From Octopus sinensis (taxonomy: Eukaryota), in contig NC_043003.1 in NCBI RefSeq assembly GCF_006345805.1, positions 12,338,001-12,402,000 on the forward strand: a stretch of 64,000 bases of DNA. The letters are read 5' to 3'. The notes under the pieces were generated by a model, which worked only from the letters and a program-made list of their open reading frames with translations, searched no databases and was not told the origin of the DNA. Both the position numbers and the translations under genes were made by a program. Below, piece by piece: positions 61,468 through 64,000 of this stretch (its first letter is position 1; each line of letters begins with the position of its first letter).

Positions 61468-61737
61468 TCAAAAACACCCAAGGGTGGTCATGCACATCTT
61501 TACATTTCCCCAGTCACCCCGCAAAGCCATTAAAAAATCAATAGAAGTGACTTTTTTGTGAATTTTCTATCCAAAACCCAATCAAAATGCCCGAAACTTG
61601 ATACGCCAATTGAATGCCAGCTAGCTGTATGTGATTGGTCGGAGATTTGGACAGTATTTGCATGCATGTGCGCATGCACGCACCTGTATATGCATGCACT
61701 AACACTATGACCCGGCATTGCCGGGTCATAGTACTAA
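61379..61737 (+). mobile_element. Non-autonomous Helitron (its 5' terminus is displaced to 58339-58351 by the LINE)
   Basis: 5' A|TCTCTCTATATAT...ATATATAAACGGC. 3' perfect 14-bp hairpin ACTATGACCCGGCA-T-TGCCGGGTCATAGT (61704-61732), then CTAA|T. This fits the A|TC...CTRR|T rule. Confidence 0.8.
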
Positions 61738-61959
61738 TCCTTGTTATGCCACTGTGTTATTCAATTCCATATTAATGCTTGACTGAGTTAACATATGATC
61801 AAAGTCATTCCAAGTGTGACCATTCTGTTTTTTTTTTTTAAAGATGCTGAGAACTACATTATCCCATGTCCTTCTCAATTTGGATTTTTTTGTTTTTTGC
61901 TCAGATTGGATGGAATGGTGTGATTTGTGATTTAATAGAGATTTGAACAACTGTATATC

Positions 61960-62216
61960 ATCACTGTCATTGACCCCTGGACATTGTTAGCTTGAGTCCT
62001 AGAACTTGTGGAACTGGTTACCCATTTCCATGGTTTATAAGCCACCCCAACAAAGAATGCTAGTCTATCACAGGATTACTCATTTTTAGCTGAGTTGAGT
62101 GGAACGATATGAAATGAAGTGTTTTGCTCAAGAACACAATGCACTACCTGGTCCAGGAATTAAAACCCTGGCCTTATGATTGTGAGCGTAACACCCTAAC
62201 CACTAGGCTACATGCT
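61960..62216 (-). mobile_element. tRNA-derived SINE (degenerate)
   Basis: Minus-strand head GCATGTAGCCTAGTGGTTAGGGTGTTACGC and CTTGAGCAAAACACTT body. Confidence 0.65.
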
Positions 62217-62304
62217 AAGTGACTCCCTTATTAGTTTGTCCCTTTATTATATAGTTTAACACAGGGAAGTATATCTACACTTTGTCTCTCTCATGATGCT
62301 ATCA

Positions 62305-62480
62305 CATCATCATCATCATCATCATCATCTAACGTCCGTTTTCCATGCTAGCATGGGTTGGACGGTTCGACCGGGGTCTGGTAAGCCATGGAGGCTGCAC
62401 CAGGCCCCAGTCTGATTTGGCAGTGTTTCTACAGCTGGATGCCCTTCCTAACGCCAACCACTCTGTGAGTGTAGTGGGTG
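62305..62480 (-). mobile_element. RTE LINE 3'UTR fragment
   Basis: (CAT)n followed by AACGTCCGTTTTCCATGCTAGCATGGG. Confidence 0.85.
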
Positions 62481-62945
62481 TTTGTTTATCAATATCTAAT
62501 TTTATTCTTTAGTAGATTGACAGAATTGTTAGGGTTGCAAAAAAGAAGAAAAAAAATCCTTAGTGGCATTTGCTCCAACTCTCTATATTCTGATATTTTG
62601 AGTTCAAATCCTGCCAAGGTCAACTTTGTCTATCATCAACTCCAGGATCAATACAATAAAACACCAGTCAAAAACTGAAGTTGATGTAATCCACTACTCC
62701 CTCCCAGTCTCCTTAAAGTAACTGACGCTGTACCAAAATTAGAAACAATTGAGTTTGTTTTTTAAATTTTATTTTTTCACAGTGTTAAGTGATTATGTAT
62801 GAGGCTCTTAATGAGTTAAGTTCTTGAATCACAGCTGTGTTCTTAATGTTTGTATCCGTCAAAAGAGGGGTAACCAAGAGATAGCAAAGTAATTGCAAAA
62901 AAGAAGGATTGTATGTGATTAATATATGTTTGTAAAGCATGTAAT

Positions 62946-63173
62946 AAAGGTGGCGAGCTGGCAGAAACGTTAGCGTGCCGGGCGAATTTGCTTAGCAGTA
63001 TTTCGTCTGCCGCTACGTTCTGAGTTCAAATTCCGCCGAGGTCGATTTTGCTTTTCATCCTTTTGGGGCCAATAAATTAAGTATCAGTCACACACTGGGG
63101 TTGATGTAATCAACTTAATCCCTTTGTCTGTCCTTGTTTGTCCCCTCTGTTTAGCCCCTTGTGGGCAAAAAAA
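62946..63173 (+). mobile_element. CORE-type SINE B, young full-length copy
   Basis: 12-bp TSD AAAGCATGTAAT at 62934-62945 and 63174-63185. Confidence 0.92.
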
Positions 63174-63244
63174 AAAGCATGTAATTTGGAAATTTTATTG
63201 TAGCCAGTTCAGAACATTGGTCTGATCTATTGCTAATTATCTTT

Positions 63245-63600
63245 CTTTTACTTGTTTTGGTCATTGGACTGCGGCCATGCTGGGGCACCGCCTTGAAGGG
63301 TTTTAGTCAAACCTAGTGTTTATTTTGTTTTAAGTCTAGCACTTATTCTATTGCTCTCTTTTGCTGAACTGCACTGTAATGGTGACATAAACAAACCAAC
63401 ACTGGTTGTCAAGCTGTGACCACACCCACCCTTGCACAGATATATACATGTACTTATATGCACATTGGGCTTCTATGCAATTTCCATCTGCCAAATTCAC
63501 TTACAATGCATTTGTTGACCCGTGACTATTGTAGAAGACACTTGCCCAAGGTGCCACAAAGTGGGACTGAACCCAAAACCACATGGTGCAAAGCAAGCTA
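63245..63600 (-). mobile_element. SINE family A (older)
   Basis: Family A tail GGACTGCGGCCATGCTGGGGCACC and body. Confidence 0.75.
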
Positions 63601-64000
63601 GTAATAAAGAAAAACTGCGTAACAAAGAAAAGAAAATAATAGCAGAAAGGTTAGGTGTTTCAGAGGTTCATAGCCGCAGTGATGTCATCGTAACCTCGTG
63701 AATTTTTTTTAAAGAAAAGCTGTTTGTTAGGTCATAAAAGGAAGGTCTAATAAAACTGTTTATTATACTTTTATTTATAATACAATATTATTAAGTTTTA
63801 GGTGACTGTAAATAAATTATATCAGGTATAATCTTTTTAATCATTGTGCTTGATACTATTTGCAAATACAGGTGCAGTTAAGTACGTGGTTAAGAAGTTT
63901 GCTTTGCAATCACATGGTTCTAGGTTTGGTCTTACTCTCTGTCTCACCTTTGTCTAGTGTTATCTACTATAATCTTGTGCTGACCTTTATCTTGTTAACT

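Overview
AT-rich, repeat-dense animal genomic DNA. It is most likely a coleoid cephalopod (Octopus), inferred from the tRNA-derived SINE families and the RTE-type (GAT)n tails. I can support only one host coding exon: 15952-16143 (+), 192 nt, phase 0-0, encoding part of the N-terminal coiled coil of liprin-beta (PPFIBP-type). The rest of the window looks like flanking intron. It contains at least four SINE families and 5'-truncated LINE fragments (RTE, CR1, R4/Dong-like, HERO-like, L1/Tx1-like). It also holds a Penelope-like GIY-YIG element, piggyBac-, mariner- and Tigger-type DNA elements, a Helentron-type non-autonomous element, and an almost intact ~3 kb CR1-group LINE ORF2 nested in the 5' end of a small Helitron. 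The most interesting unexplained structures are: a CpG-retaining, SINE-free zone with a candidate internal promoter and non-coding first exon (~44.9-48.8 kb); two long near-perfect hairpins; dimeric SINE insertions, each with a single target-site duplication (TSD); inverted SINEs bracketing the symmetric exon; and a decayed hammerhead-like motif. I found no convincing novel multi-gene system. All family assignments come from motif recognition by eye, not from database searches.
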